Under the pieces are notes generated by a model, which saw nothing but the letters and a program-made list of their open reading frames with translations, made no database searches and had not been told where the DNA came from. The position numbers and the translations under genes were made by a program. From Methanobacteriota archaeon (lineage in GTDB: Archaea > Thermoplasmatota > Thermoplasmata > SG8-5 > DAIRED01): a DNA stretch of 64,000 nucleotides. Location of the stretch: assembly GCA_043799545.1 (NCBI GenBank), contig JAZDNO010000014.1:22795-86794 (forward strand). The letters are read 5' to 3'. Shown here one piece after another: positions 40,194 through 51,332 of the stretch; position 1 is the stretch's first letter; each line of letters opens with the position of its first letter.

Positions 40194-41480
40194 TCACACC
40201 CAGCCACGCATGTGGCACGCCTCTGCTACCCTCGAAATCGCAATCATGTAAGCTGCGTCGCGCATCGAGACGCCCTTCTGCTTGGAAAGGTCGAGCACCG
40301 CGTGGAACGACTTCGTCATCTTGTCGTCCAGCTTGGCGAGGACCTCGTCCCTCGTCCAGAAGTAGTTCATGTTCGACTGGACCTGCTCGAAGTAGCTGCA
40401 GACGACCCCGCCGGAGTTCGACAGGAAGTCGGGTATCACCATGACTCCCTTGTCGTTCAAGGCCTTGTCGGCCTCCGGGGTCATCGGGCCATTCGCGCCC
40501 TCGATGATTATCTTCACGCTCGGCTTCACGAGCCCGACGTTGTCGGTGTTCACCTGGTTCTCCAGCGCCGCCGGGATGAGGATGTCGACTTCCTGCTTGA
40601 GCCAGTCGTCGCCCGGGAGGATGCTGTAACCCATCGCTTTGGCCTTGTCCCTGTCTATCGATCCGAACCTGTCGGTGATGCTCTGGAGCTCTGCGAGGTC
40701 CACGCCCTTCTCCCTGAAGAACGTGTACGCCTTCGACTCTTTCTGGTCCCAGCAGGCCGTGGCCACGACCTTGCCCCCGTACCTCGTGTAGAGGTCTATT
40801 GAGAACTGCGCCACGTTGCCGAAGCCCTGCACCGACGCCTTGGTCTTCTTGAGGTCTATGCCGCGGTCCTTGAGGGCCTCGCGGAGCTGGAACACCAGCC
40901 CGTAGCCCGTCGCCTCCTTTCTTCCGAGCGAGCCGCCCATGCCGACTGGCTTGCCGGTGATGAATCCCGGGTACTTGCCGCCAGTGATGGCCTCGTATTC
41001 GTCCAGGATCCAGAGCATGTGCTGCGCGTTAGTCATGACGTCCGGCGCCGGCACGTCCTTCACGGGGCCGACGTTGTTCACGACCTGCCTGACCCAGCCC
41101 CTGCAGATTGCCTCCTGCTCCCTCATGGAGATGTTGTGCGGGTCGCATATGACCCCGCCCTTGCCTCCGCCGAGCGGTATGTCTGCGACGGCGCACTTCC
41201 AGGTCATCCACATCGACAGCGCCTTGACCGTGTCGACGGTCTCCTGGGGGTGGAACCGGATCCCTCCTTTGCACGGCCCGCGGGCGTCGTTGTGCTGCAT
41301 CCTGAAGCCCTTGAAGACCTTGAAACTCCCGTCGTCCATCTTGACGGGTATGAGGAAGTGGTACTCCCTCTGGGGCTCCCTCAGGAGCTGGCGGGTCGCG
41401 TCGTCGAGATCGAGCATCCCCGCTACACGGTCAAACTGGTCCTGCGCCATCTTGAAGGCATTGAAGCCCTTTTCAGCCAT
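40194..41480 (-). CDS. Glu/Leu/Phe/Val dehydrogenase (probable glutamate dehydrogenase)
   Basis: KGGIRFHP, WKCA..PLGGGKGG, VPAPDV, TGKP, GRKEATG, QGFGNV, EGANGP. Confidence 0.93.
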   Translation of the reverse strand: MAEKGFNAFKMAQDQFDRVAGMLDLDDATRQLLREPQREYHFLIPVKMDDGSFKVFKGFRMQHNDARGPCKGGIRFHPQETVDTVKALSMWMTWKCAVADIPLGGGKGGVICDPHNISMREQEAICRGWVRQVVNNVGPVKDVPAPDVMTNAQHMLWILDEYEAITGGKYPGFITGKPVGMGGSLGRKEATGYGLVFQLREALKDRGIDLKKTKASVQGFGNVAQFSIDLYTRYGGKVVATACWDQKESKAYTFFREKGVDLAELQSITDRFGSIDRDKAKAMGYSILPGDDWLKQEVDILIPAALENQVNTDNVGLVKPSVKIIIEGANGPMTPEADKALNDKGVMVIPDFLSNSGGVVCSYFEQVQSNMNYFWTRDEVLAKLDDKMTKSFHAVLDLSKQKGVSMRDAAYMIAISRVAEACHMRGWV

Positions 41481-41636
41481 TTACCATCGCCTCTGGTCTT
41501 TTACCCCCCTGGGGGCATCGCGGGTAATGAGGAGGCGAGTATTAAAGCTTGGGAGAATCGCCTGTCCCAATAGGGTACGCTGGAACGGGACGCATTTATA
41601 TGTATTCGAGGGAAAACGGAGACAAACGGAAAGACT

Positions 41637-42470
41637 TCAGAGGCTCTTCCGTTCCGCAGAGTCTCTCCCCGCCTCGGCGAGCTTCCTCCCGACCTCCCTC
41701 ATGTCGATGGATTCCATGGTTTTCCAGAACCATTTCTCGGCCTCCTTGCGCCTCCTGGCCAAATCCTTCGCATCCTTGACGAAAAGGAGCTTCTCAAGGC
41801 GTTTGAAAACCTTCGGCGGCAAGTCGTAGTAGGCGTACCTGGTGTGGAAGTTGAACCTCTGGGGGCAATGCTTGATTCGGAGCGCCTCGACCAGGGGCCT
41901 CATCGTCATGCCGTTGTAGAACGCCAGCGCCTCCAGGTCGTTCCCGCGCTCCAGCTCCTTCAGCACCTCCACCTGGAAGAGCCGGACCATGGTTTTAATG
42001 GCCTCGATGCGGCCCTCTATCTTCTTGATGGATTTTTCGGGGCTCTCGCTGTCGTCGGAGATGATTCCGTCCTTGTCCATGCGCACAACCGGCGGGCCGT
42101 GGATGGAGTACTCGAGGAATCGGTTCTTGGCCGAGAGCTTCTCCACGGCCATGTCGACAAAGAGGAACCTGCTCGCGCCCTTGAGCCAGATGAAGACCTG
42201 CGAGTGGCCGTGCCACGTAGGCTCGGGTATGCGGTATTTGTCGGATATTCCGAAGCGTTTCTCGAGGGCGCCCTCGACAGCTTTGAAGACCGCCTCGACG
42301 CCATCGTCCCTGCATATCACGCATAGGTCTACGTCTGAGAACTCGTCCACGCGTCCGAAGCTGGCTGCGCCCTGCTCCCACATCGCGCGGGCGGCGTCGA
42401 GGAGGCGCAGCGCATCCGTCAATGTCTCCACAACGGCCTCTCTGGTCACCTTCTCCGTGCTATTTTTCAT
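41637..42470 (-). CDS. Pol-beta-superfamily nucleotidyltransferase with helical C-terminal domain
   Basis: WEQGAASFGRVDEFSDVDLCV (G-x..DxD); start set at ATG 42470. Confidence 0.75.
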   Translation of the reverse strand: MKNSTEKVTREAVVETLTDALRLLDAARAMWEQGAASFGRVDEFSDVDLCVICRDDGVEAVFKAVEGALEKRFGISDKYRIPEPTWHGHSQVFIWLKGASRFLFVDMAVEKLSAKNRFLEYSIHGPPVVRMDKDGIISDDSESPEKSIKKIEGRIEAIKTMVRLFQVEVLKELERGNDLEALAFYNGMTMRPLVEALRIKHCPQRFNFHTRYAYYDLPPKVFKRLEKLLFVKDAKDLARRRKEAEKWFWKTMESIDMREVGRKLAEAGRDSAERKSL

Positions 42471-42562
42471 TGTCACGCGCCTCCGGAACGAACCCTGACT
42501 GGGCATGGAAAAAGACGTATATTAAAATGATGAAAAATGAAAAGGGTTTTGCCTCTCAGGGC

Positions 42563-43969
<1,407 letters not shown>

Positions 43970-44118
43970 CGGACACGACCCGGAAAGCGCTCCGGGTATT
44001 TTAATCTAGAGTCTCCGCCTAGGGCTTTCCAGATTCCCCGATTATTCCGTCCAAACCTATAAATCGAACCTGATGTTGTCCCATATGTCACATCATACTA
44101 TAACAGGAGGGCAAGACA

Positions 44119-44652
44119 ATGGCCGAAAACGCAACTAAAGGTAAAAAAGAGGCTTACAGCGGCGACGTGCTGAAGGCGCTTCTGCATGACCCCACGAGGA
44201 GCGTCGTGGACATCGCCAAGGAGATGAAGAGCTACAGGCAGAAGGTCTGGCGCAAGAAGAAGGCCCTCGAGGACGGCAACGTCGTCTGGGGATACACCGC
44301 CGTCGTGGACGAGAGCAAGCTAGGCCACGTGATGTACTTCATGCTGATGAAGATGAAGCCCATGGACAAGGAGCTGGCGAACCTCGTCATTGAGCGCCAG
44401 AAGCGCAGCGAGTACCAGAAGCAGCAGGTGCGGCTCATCACGCTCCTGTACGTGAACGGGACGTACGACTGGCTAGTGATGTTCTCCGCGCCCAACCACG
44501 CAATAGCCAGACGATACTACGACTCAGTCCGCCTCAACTACGAGAAATACCTGCTCGAGAAGCCGATACTCATCGATGTCAACTTCCAGGTCATCCGCGA
44601 GGGGAAGGTCAACCCGGAGATCGAGCGCCTGCACGAGTTCGAGCCGCTCTGA
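44119..44652 (+). CDS. Lrp/AsnC-family transcriptional regulator
   Basis: N-terminal HTH (RSVVDIAKEM..VWRKKKALE..GYTAVVD), C-terminal RAM-like domain (GTYDWLV); divergent from gdhA. Confidence 0.88.
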   Translation: MAENATKGKKEAYSGDVLKALLHDPTRSVVDIAKEMKSYRQKVWRKKKALEDGNVVWGYTAVVDESKLGHVMYFMLMKMKPMDKELANLVIERQKRSEYQKQQVRLITLLYVNGTYDWLVMFSAPNHAIARRYYDSVRLNYEKYLLEKPILIDVNFQVIREGKVNPEIERLHEFEPL

Positions 44653-44662
44653 GATGTTTGCG

Positions 44663-45805
44663 ATGGAAATCGACCTTTCCGAGCTCGACGGGAAATCCTA
44701 CGAGTGCCTGGACGGATGCGGCCTATGCTGCCTCTGCCAGCCCGAAGTGTCCGAGAATGAGCTGAGGCTTTTCCAGGGCAATCCGTCCATAGCCAGAGGA
44801 TTGACGAACGAGCATTTCGACGGGCGCAGGACGCAGCTTCCGAGCGCAATCAGGCTCCAGGCGGGGCACGGCGCCTGCCACTTCCTCATGCGGCGTCGGT
44901 GCCAGATTCACGACATCCGCCCCAGGTTCTGCCGCCAGTTTCCCGTGCACGTGCACGTCTCGTGGCGCGTCCAGCTGAACGGCAACCTGTCGTGCCGGGG
45001 CATCGCCCCCGGGGGGACTTCGCTCAGGGCGTTCGGCCAGAATATTATCTCTGCGTATCCCGAGGGTTTGCTGGCCGCGGAACTCGAGGGGTCCCGCAGG
45101 CGCTTCGCGGACTTCGAGCGCAGGGCGAAGGACGCCGACGTCTGGCAGGACTGGAAGAGGCTGGCAAGGGCCGGCACCGCCGTCGTGCCGCTCCTGTGCG
45201 CTCCCGGTGGAGTGGGGAAGCTCCTGTCCTTCGCAGACGAGCAGCCCCATGTGGCCGGGATGCCGCTGGAGAAGCTGGTCACTGTGCTTGAGACTACCGC
45301 CGAGCCTGAAGACCTCGACGAGATTGCGAGGGAGGGCAACTGCGACGCCTTCGCGCTGGATAACGTCGCTTGGCTGCCGGTGTACATCGCCCCGAATTTC
45401 ACGTGGAACCTGTTCCAGTACACAGGCGGAAAGCTACACTGGATGAAGCTGGAGGAGGACGGCGGGTTGGAGACGAAGGGCGAGCTGAACCCGAAAAGCA
45501 TCCGTCTTCTGGAGCGTAATCCTGAGGCGCTGGCCGTCTTCGCCTCCTACGCGCGCACGCTCGCCTCGCGCGACCATTTCCTAGGCTACACCGCCTACTT
45601 GTGCGCGGACCAGGGCTACGAGGACGACCTGATGACCGTGTACGCCGGCGTGCTGGGAACGGCGATGCTGGACTTGTGGTGGCGTGCTTCCCTGATCGGG
45701 TCGATAACGGGAAAGACGGAGATAGACGGGGCGCTAGCGCGCGAGGGGATAATAGCGTACGACATGGACTGCCTGGATGCACCGACGATTGGGGCGTTCA
45801 TTTAA
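44663..45805 (+). CDS. YkgJ/UPF0153-like cysteine-cluster protein with long C-terminal domain
   Basis: CLDGCGLCC, CHFL..RCQIHDIRPRFC; start set at ATG 44663. Confidence 0.8.
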   Translation: MEIDLSELDGKSYECLDGCGLCCLCQPEVSENELRLFQGNPSIARGLTNEHFDGRRTQLPSAIRLQAGHGACHFLMRRRCQIHDIRPRFCRQFPVHVHVSWRVQLNGNLSCRGIAPGGTSLRAFGQNIISAYPEGLLAAELEGSRRRFADFERRAKDADVWQDWKRLARAGTAVVPLLCAPGGVGKLLSFADEQPHVAGMPLEKLVTVLETTAEPEDLDEIAREGNCDAFALDNVAWLPVYIAPNFTWNLFQYTGGKLHWMKLEEDGGLETKGELNPKSIRLLERNPEALAVFASYARTLASRDHFLGYTAYLCADQGYEDDLMTVYAGVLGTAMLDLWWRASLIGSITGKTEIDGALAREGIIAYDMDCLDAPTIGAFI

Positions 45806-46694
45806 CTGGCTTGCGTCTTCGTTTTTTTCTGCTACATCTTAAGCATAGCTGATGAACACCTGATTTTTCTCCATCACTGAAATATTTATCTTTTATCATC
45901 GCACCGCATATAAAACATGGAATCATATTGTTCACTTTGGTCCACTGTTTGGTTTCACGTACTTTTTTATCAGGGACTGGTCGCTTAATGTCTGGAGCCA
46001 ATTCCTTATACCGTTCATCGTGCGATAAATGAATTTTAGCGTGACATTTATCACACACAATTACGACTTCATTTTTTAGATAAGATACATGATGTTTAAT
46101 CACCTTTTTGGGTAATTCAATTCCGAATCTCTGTTTTACTTCTTCATTGGCTGCCTCAACAATGCGCTCGCCACATGCCTTACAGATGGGTGATTCATTT
46201 ATCAATTTGGCTAAATAGATTCGTTTGGATTTTTGTTCACATTCGTTTGAGCAATACATACCGTCTCCCTGAAAATCCTTTTTACAGAAATGGCAGTATC
46301 CCTCTCCATCCAGAAAGCCAGTTTCGTAATCGAAATTTCCTAGCGCAAATGTACTCTCATCATCTCTCAAATAGATACTTATGGGGCATCCAGCTTTGTG
46401 TAGCATCAAAATTTCTTTATTGATTAATCGCCTTTGCTTCCATAAAGGTAATGTTGTCTGCCACTGCCAATAAAAGCGAGGTATTCCCTCTAATCTTGGA
46501 AATTCCTTAGTCCCTCGCATATCTGCGAAAAAATGGATTTCCAGGTAATTATGATAAAAAAGATTGCGTTTCTGTTTCGCTTCCATGTAGCCGTGCTGAA
46601 TTAGAATTTCTCCGTATTTTAATAATAACCCGTACACACTATCTTGAATTCTCCTTCCCAATTCATCTTCTGGTTTCATTAAGCCGATATTCAT
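45798..46694 (-). CDS. HNH endonuclease-like protein with extra Zn-binding motifs; AT-rich
   Basis: CKACG..HHVSY..VCDKCHAKIH; additional CHFC..YCSNEC and CFIC..CLRC; about 30-35% GC in sampled lines. Confidence 0.75.
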   Translation of the reverse strand: MNIGLMKPEDELGRRIQDSVYGLLLKYGEILIQHGYMEAKQKRNLFYHNYLEIHFFADMRGTKEFPRLEGIPRFYWQWQTTLPLWKQRRLINKEILMLHKAGCPISIYLRDDESTFALGNFDYETGFLDGEGYCHFCKKDFQGDGMYCSNECEQKSKRIYLAKLINESPICKACGERIVEAANEEVKQRFGIELPKKVIKHHVSYLKNEVVIVCDKCHAKIHLSHDERYKELAPDIKRPVPDKKVRETKQWTKVNNMIPCFICGAMIKDKYFSDGEKSGVHQLCLRCSRKKRRRKPVK

Positions 46695-46807
46695 CTAGCC
46701 TCATAATAAATATGCTCTAAAAGAAATTACACTCTTCTAAACCTCGTTTATCCCGCCTGCGCGTAATCTCCCACCAGCGACACACAATTTGTGGGGCGAT
46801 CGCCTAG

Positions 46808-47731
46808 TCATCCGACCTGTAATACGAGGTTCTCCATCGTCTCCACGACCCTGTATCCGGCCCTCTCGTACAAACGCTTCGCGGGATTCTTTGAATGCGT
46901 CGAGATGTAGGCCACCCTCGCCCCCTCCCCGAAACCCCATGCCAGGTTGTCGTCGAGCAGGGCGCGCCCGATTCCCTTTCCCCGTGCCTCCGTCGAAACT
47001 ATGAGCCCCCGGTTCCTGAGCTGTAGTTCGCCCGCAACGTTCTCCACGATGGCGCTCCTGGAGAATCCCAGGACCCGCTCCCCGTCGAGGGCGAGCGAGT
47101 AGCACTGCGCCCTCGCGTCCGCCATCGCGGCCAGCATCTCATTCTTCCGCTCTGCAAGGTCGATTTTCCGACCCCCCGAATCGTCTATCGCGACGTCCGC
47201 GACCCTGTCGAAATATTCCGATTCCTGAATGCGGCGCACCCTGGCGGTTCTGCACCCTTTCGGCTCGGCGGCCAGCGTAACGAATTCCGCGCCATGCCTC
47301 ATCAGATAGCCGCCGGGAAAATCCGCATCAGGCTCGAAACCGTTGGCTTTGAAAAACGCGTTGTAGCCCGGGCAGAACGGCACGGGCTCGCATTCGAGCC
47401 TCCACCTTCCCCGCTTCCGCAGCCTCGCAACAGTTTCTTTCAGGAGGGAGGTTCCGAGCCCCTTCCGCTGCCGCTCCGGCGCCACCCAGAGGCGCACTAT
47501 CGCGCGCTCCAGCTCGGGGACGAGAGACGTCAAAGCGGCGCCGTCGGCGTTTCCTCCGCTGACAACTGCGAGAACGAAACCTTTTTGCTGGAACGGGTCG
47601 TCGAGGTATTTCGCATTGAACTGGTCAGGGGTCTTCAGGGTTTCCCACGGCCTCTCTGAAGCAGCAGCCTTCCACAATCTGTAGAGCCTTTCCACATCGC
47701 CCGAGAACTCCTGGATGTCGGGCTCGCTCAC
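46808..47731 (-). CDS. Tandem GNAT-domain acetyltransferase
   Basis: Two AcCoA motifs (RQRKGLG, ARGKGIG), NPAKRLYERAGY; GTG 47731 with GGGGGAG upstream, overlapping the upstream stop. Confidence 0.88.
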   Translation of the reverse strand: MSEPDIQEFSGDVERLYRLWKAAASERPWETLKTPDQFNAKYLDDPFQQKGFVLAVVSGGNADGAALTSLVPELERAIVRLWVAPERQRKGLGTSLLKETVARLRKRGRWRLECEPVPFCPGYNAFFKANGFEPDADFPGGYLMRHGAEFVTLAAEPKGCRTARVRRIQESEYFDRVADVAIDDSGGRKIDLAERKNEMLAAMADARAQCYSLALDGERVLGFSRSAIVENVAGELQLRNRGLIVSTEARGKGIGRALLDDNLAWGFGEGARVAYISTHSKNPAKRLYERAGYRVVETMENLVLQVG

Positions 47732-48537
47732 TGTGCGTACTCCCCCGCCAGCAGCTTCATGATGTACTTCTGCAGCTGCTTGGATATGGCCAGGTCGCCG
47801 TTCCAGTCCTTCAGGTCGCCCTCGTTCTGAGCCTCCATCTCGAGGATGCATTTTGACATCTGCTTGTTCAGTCCCTCGGGGTCGCTGCCGCTGATTATCG
47901 CCGCCAAGCTGGTCCATTTGCCCTTGAAGACGATGATTCTCAGCTCGCCGAGCTTTATCTCCTCGACGTTGCCCTCCTTGTCGTCCGAGGGAAAGGCGTC
48001 CTTGACGAACTCCTGGACAGCCATCAGCATCCCGCTGAGGATGTCTGTGTCCACCAGTGGCTTCAACCGCCTGGTGAAGTGCTTTATCAGCCGCCCGTCG
48101 TTGTACATGAGGAACAGGTCGTCGACGACCGTGACCGCGCTGTCCTTCTTCTCCTCCTTCGCATGCGTGGCGGTCGTAGATTTCTTCACGTCCCCCTCCT
48201 CAGGATAAACCCGGCAAGTGGGGCAGTACCACTTCTGCTGCTCGTAGGAGTAGATCATCCCGACGCGCTGGCACTTCGGGCACGGCGTGTCTATCGTAGG
48301 CCCCTCCATTGTCTTGTAAGTGTGGCAATTGGCGCAGAACCATGCCTGGTACTGCGCGATGTAATCCATCTTCTTGCTGCAAACGGGGCAGGTGTCGGTG
48401 GAGAAAATCTGGGGGGCCGGCTTTCCGAACACGCCGTTTTCACCCGCATAGGACTTGTCGATGTGGCAGTACCAACGCTGGTACTCCGGCACCCAGGTCA
48501 GGTACTTCCCGCACTTCGCGCAGACATATTCTAGCAT
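47728..48537 (-). CDS. Protein with three Zn-ribbon-like repeats and a C-terminal longin/roadblock-like domain
   Basis: CxxC-x13-14-W(Y/F)C repeats; DDLFLMYNDGRLI..DILSGMLMAVQEFVKDAF; start set at ATG 48537. Confidence 0.7.
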   Translation of the reverse strand: MLEYVCAKCGKYLTWVPEYQRWYCHIDKSYAGENGVFGKPAPQIFSTDTCPVCSKKMDYIAQYQAWFCANCHTYKTMEGPTIDTPCPKCQRVGMIYSYEQQKWYCPTCRVYPEEGDVKKSTTATHAKEEKKDSAVTVVDDLFLMYNDGRLIKHFTRRLKPLVDTDILSGMLMAVQEFVKDAFPSDDKEGNVEEIKLGELRIIVFKGKWTSLAAIISGSDPEGLNKQMSKCILEMEAQNEGDLKDWNGDLAISKQLQKYIMKLLAGEYAQ

Positions 48538-48622
48538 GTTAGTGAGACCGTATCCGCGTACGAGAATAAGGTACTTGCGGCAATCAATAGAAATATAAAC
48601 ATTGCTCTCCATTCCTTAGGTA

Positions 48623-49372
48623 ATGGGTGTTTGGGAAATCGAGCTGGGTCGTAAACTGGAGGATGAGGTTGATGTATCGGAATTTCCAGAGTTCCTGAGG
48701 CAACGGTTCTCCGATGAGATTGCGAGGGTATTGACACGGGTCTTGCAGCAAAACTTCAAAGGGGCGGGTTATACCGTTTCATCCGATTCGAAGCATACCT
48801 TCAAAAATAAAACTGGGTGGCCGGATCCCAGCCATACCCTGAAGGACAATGTCGTTCACTTGGAGAAGGGAACTGTGTATGGCACGAGTGCGAGGTTGTA
48901 CTGGCGGAAAGGCGACCTGGATTACCTCCAAGTCGAAGTCATGGAGTCAAGCGAACAACTGAGCCGGTTCCAGGGCTTTTGTGCTTTTCTGACGATTATT
49001 CTCTTTTATGCCCTCACCATAATCTACAATGGATACTGGCTTGTTGCCCTGATCATGGCGTTTGTGTGCTTCCTCCTGGTTGTGGTTGTGGCAATCGCAC
49101 CAGCCATCATAGGTTTTTATCTTGGGGCGCTAATCGGCACGGGACTCTACCGATGCTTCGTCCGGGGCGAGGTAAAGGAGACGAATGAGGACCAGCGGAA
49201 GTACACCATGTTGACCATCCAGACCCTCGCAAATGGATTGACGGAGCATTATCGGAAAAATATGGAGTCTTTGGTTAAAACGCCGTACCCACTGACCTTG
49301 AGCCCGATGGAAACGCCCTCCGGGAAGGAGGATGGGTCGGAATGGTGGTTGCACCTCCATTTACCCCACTGA
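48623..49372 (+). CDS. Hypothetical membrane protein
   Basis: 249-aa ORF with 2-3 hydrophobic segments; lower GC than neighbours. Confidence 0.65.
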   Translation: MGVWEIELGRKLEDEVDVSEFPEFLRQRFSDEIARVLTRVLQQNFKGAGYTVSSDSKHTFKNKTGWPDPSHTLKDNVVHLEKGTVYGTSARLYWRKGDLDYLQVEVMESSEQLSRFQGFCAFLTIILFYALTIIYNGYWLVALIMAFVCFLLVVVVAIAPAIIGFYLGALIGTGLYRCFVRGEVKETNEDQRKYTMLTIQTLANGLTEHYRKNMESLVKTPYPLTLSPMETPSGKEDGSEWWLHLHLPH

Positions 49373-49412
49373 CGCCCGAAAGTTTAATTCCGCCCGTCAC
49401 GTTGCCGGGGGC

Positions 49413-50732
49413 ATGAGGGCTTTGGTCGTAGGGGGCGGGGCCAGGGAGCACTGCATCGCGGAGGCGCTCGCCAAGGACGGGTCGGAAATATTCTGCGCGA
49501 TGAAGAACCGGAACCCGGGGCTGGCGCGGCTGTCCAGGGACGTTCTGTACGCGTCCGAGACGGACGTCGCCAGGATAGTCGAGTACGCGAAATCCAAGTC
49601 GGTGAAAATGGCCGTTGTTGGGCCGGAGGCCCCGCTGGAGAAGGGGCTCGTTGACGAGCTGTCCAAGGCGGGAATTTCTTCGGTCGGACCGACCAAGTCC
49701 TGCGCCCGCCTCGAGACATCCAAATCTTTCACGCGCGGCCTGTTGGACAAGCACCACATCCCCGGCAACCCGGAGTACAGGGTTTTCCGTTCCCCGGAGG
49801 GGCTGGGAGATTTCATCCGGGACCTTGGGGAGTACGTGGTCAAGGACGAGGGGCTCTGCGGGGGCAAGGGGGTGCGGCTCAGCGGGGAGCACCTGGTAAC
49901 TGCCGAAGACGGGGTGAAATACGCAGAGGAATGCATAAAGAGGAGCGGCGCAGTCGTCGTCGAGGAGAAGTTCGTCGGCGAAGAATTCTCAATGCAGTGC
50001 CTCTGCGACGGGCGGACGGTGGTTGGCTCGCCGCTGGCGCAGGACCACAAGCGCGCCTTCGAGGGGGACACCGGCCCCAACACCGGCGGGATGGGCTCGT
50101 ACTCGGACGCGGACCACCTTCTTCCTTTTCTGACCCATAATGAATACGATGAAGCGCTGGCCATCACCCAAAAAGTCTGCGACGCCCTACGCAAGGAGTG
50201 CGGGGAGCCTTACAAGGGCGTGATGTACGGGGGGTTCATAGCCACCGCGAACGGCGTTCGTCTCATCGAGTACAACGCCCGCTACGCGGACCCGGAGGTC
50301 ATGAACGTCCTTCCCTTGCTGGAATCCAGCCCCGTCGAGCTTTTCCAAGCGGTAGTCGATGGCAAGTTGCGCGAGGGAATGGGCGCGTACGCCCGCAAGG
50401 CCACGGTGTGCAAGTACGTAGTCCCGCGGGGCTACGGGACGAAATCCGAGGTTGGGGCTCCGATAACGGTTGACGAGGAAGCCCTCCTTGCCACCGGGGC
50501 GCTGCTCTACTACGCTTCCGTCAACGAGGATGATGGGTGCGTCCTCACCACAACGTCGCGCTCGCTGGCTGTCGTCGGCATAGACGACACAATCGCAGGC
50601 GCGGAGAAGGTTTGCGAGGCGGGGCTCGCCCACGTCAAGGGTGACGTCTACGTCCGACACGACATAGGCACACGCGATGCGTTAAATCGCAAGCTGGACA
50701 GGATGGCGTCCCTGCGGAGGGGAAAGGCTTAA
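49413..50732 (+). CDS. purD: Phosphoribosylamine-glycine ligase
   Basis: VGGGAREH, VGPEAPL, LETSKSF, GGKGV, QDHKR, GPNTGGMG, EYNARYADPE. Confidence 0.97.
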   Translation: MRALVVGGGAREHCIAEALAKDGSEIFCAMKNRNPGLARLSRDVLYASETDVARIVEYAKSKSVKMAVVGPEAPLEKGLVDELSKAGISSVGPTKSCARLETSKSFTRGLLDKHHIPGNPEYRVFRSPEGLGDFIRDLGEYVVKDEGLCGGKGVRLSGEHLVTAEDGVKYAEECIKRSGAVVVEEKFVGEEFSMQCLCDGRTVVGSPLAQDHKRAFEGDTGPNTGGMGSYSDADHLLPFLTHNEYDEALAITQKVCDALRKECGEPYKGVMYGGFIATANGVRLIEYNARYADPEVMNVLPLLESSPVELFQAVVDGKLREGMGAYARKATVCKYVVPRGYGTKSEVGAPITVDEEALLATGALLYYASVNEDDGCVLTTTSRSLAVVGIDDTIAGAEKVCEAGLAHVKGDVYVRHDIGTRDALNRKLDRMASLRRGKA

Positions 50733-50757
50733 TTACCCGCCAGGGAATCGATTATCG

Positions 50758-51297
50758 ATGAACGACCTCATCGGCGCAATCCTCGACACGGGGATGGACA
50801 TAGGCACGCGCAGCTCTTTGAAGGCGGTGCTGCTGAAGCTCGGTTTCGACATCAATCTGGTTGACCAGATATACGTCAAGATGAAGAACGACGCCCACGC
50901 CGCCGAGTTCGCCAGGACGGCATTCACCGAACGGGCGGTCTTCATGCCGCATTGTATGAGGTCATCGGAGAAGTGCAAGGCCCCGATGACGGACGAGGGA
51001 TACCAGTGCCTCAAATGCGGGGCGTGCCGCATAGGTAAGATAAAATCCGAGGCCGAGAGGCTTGGTTACGGAGGCTTCTACATCGTTCCGGGAGGGAGCA
51101 TGGTCTTCAAGATTATGGCCAGGAGGAAGTACAAGGCAATAATCGGCGTCGCCTGCTACTACGAGCTTGCGGATTCGATGGAGAAGGCCAGCCTTTTCAG
51201 AATCCCCGCCCAGGGCGTCCCCCTCGGACGGGACGGGTGCAAGGACACCCTGGTCGAAGTAGAGCCGGTCGTCGATAAGATGTCAAAGCGCAGATAG
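50758..51297 (+). CDS. DUF116-family protein
   Basis: PHCMR..C..C..CGAC, VPGGS, GVAC, GCKDT. Confidence 0.85.
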   Translation: MNDLIGAILDTGMDIGTRSSLKAVLLKLGFDINLVDQIYVKMKNDAHAAEFARTAFTERAVFMPHCMRSSEKCKAPMTDEGYQCLKCGACRIGKIKSEAERLGYGGFYIVPGGSMVFKIMARRKYKAIIGVACYYELADSMEKASLFRIPAQGVPLGRDGCKDTLVEVEPVVDKMSKRR

Positions 51298-51332
51298 GAA
51301 TCTTTTTTATGCCGGAGCCCATCCGAGGAGCG

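Noticed and set aside
43982-43995. Second NrpR box upstream of gdhA
   Set aside because: The palindrome is GGA-N6-TCC, two bases shorter than GGAA-N6-TTCC, so it does not match.
45790-46798. TGGGGCG on both sides of the HNH gene as a target-site duplication
   Set aside because: Only 7 bp, GC-rich and not exactly at the compositional boundaries; consistent with chance.
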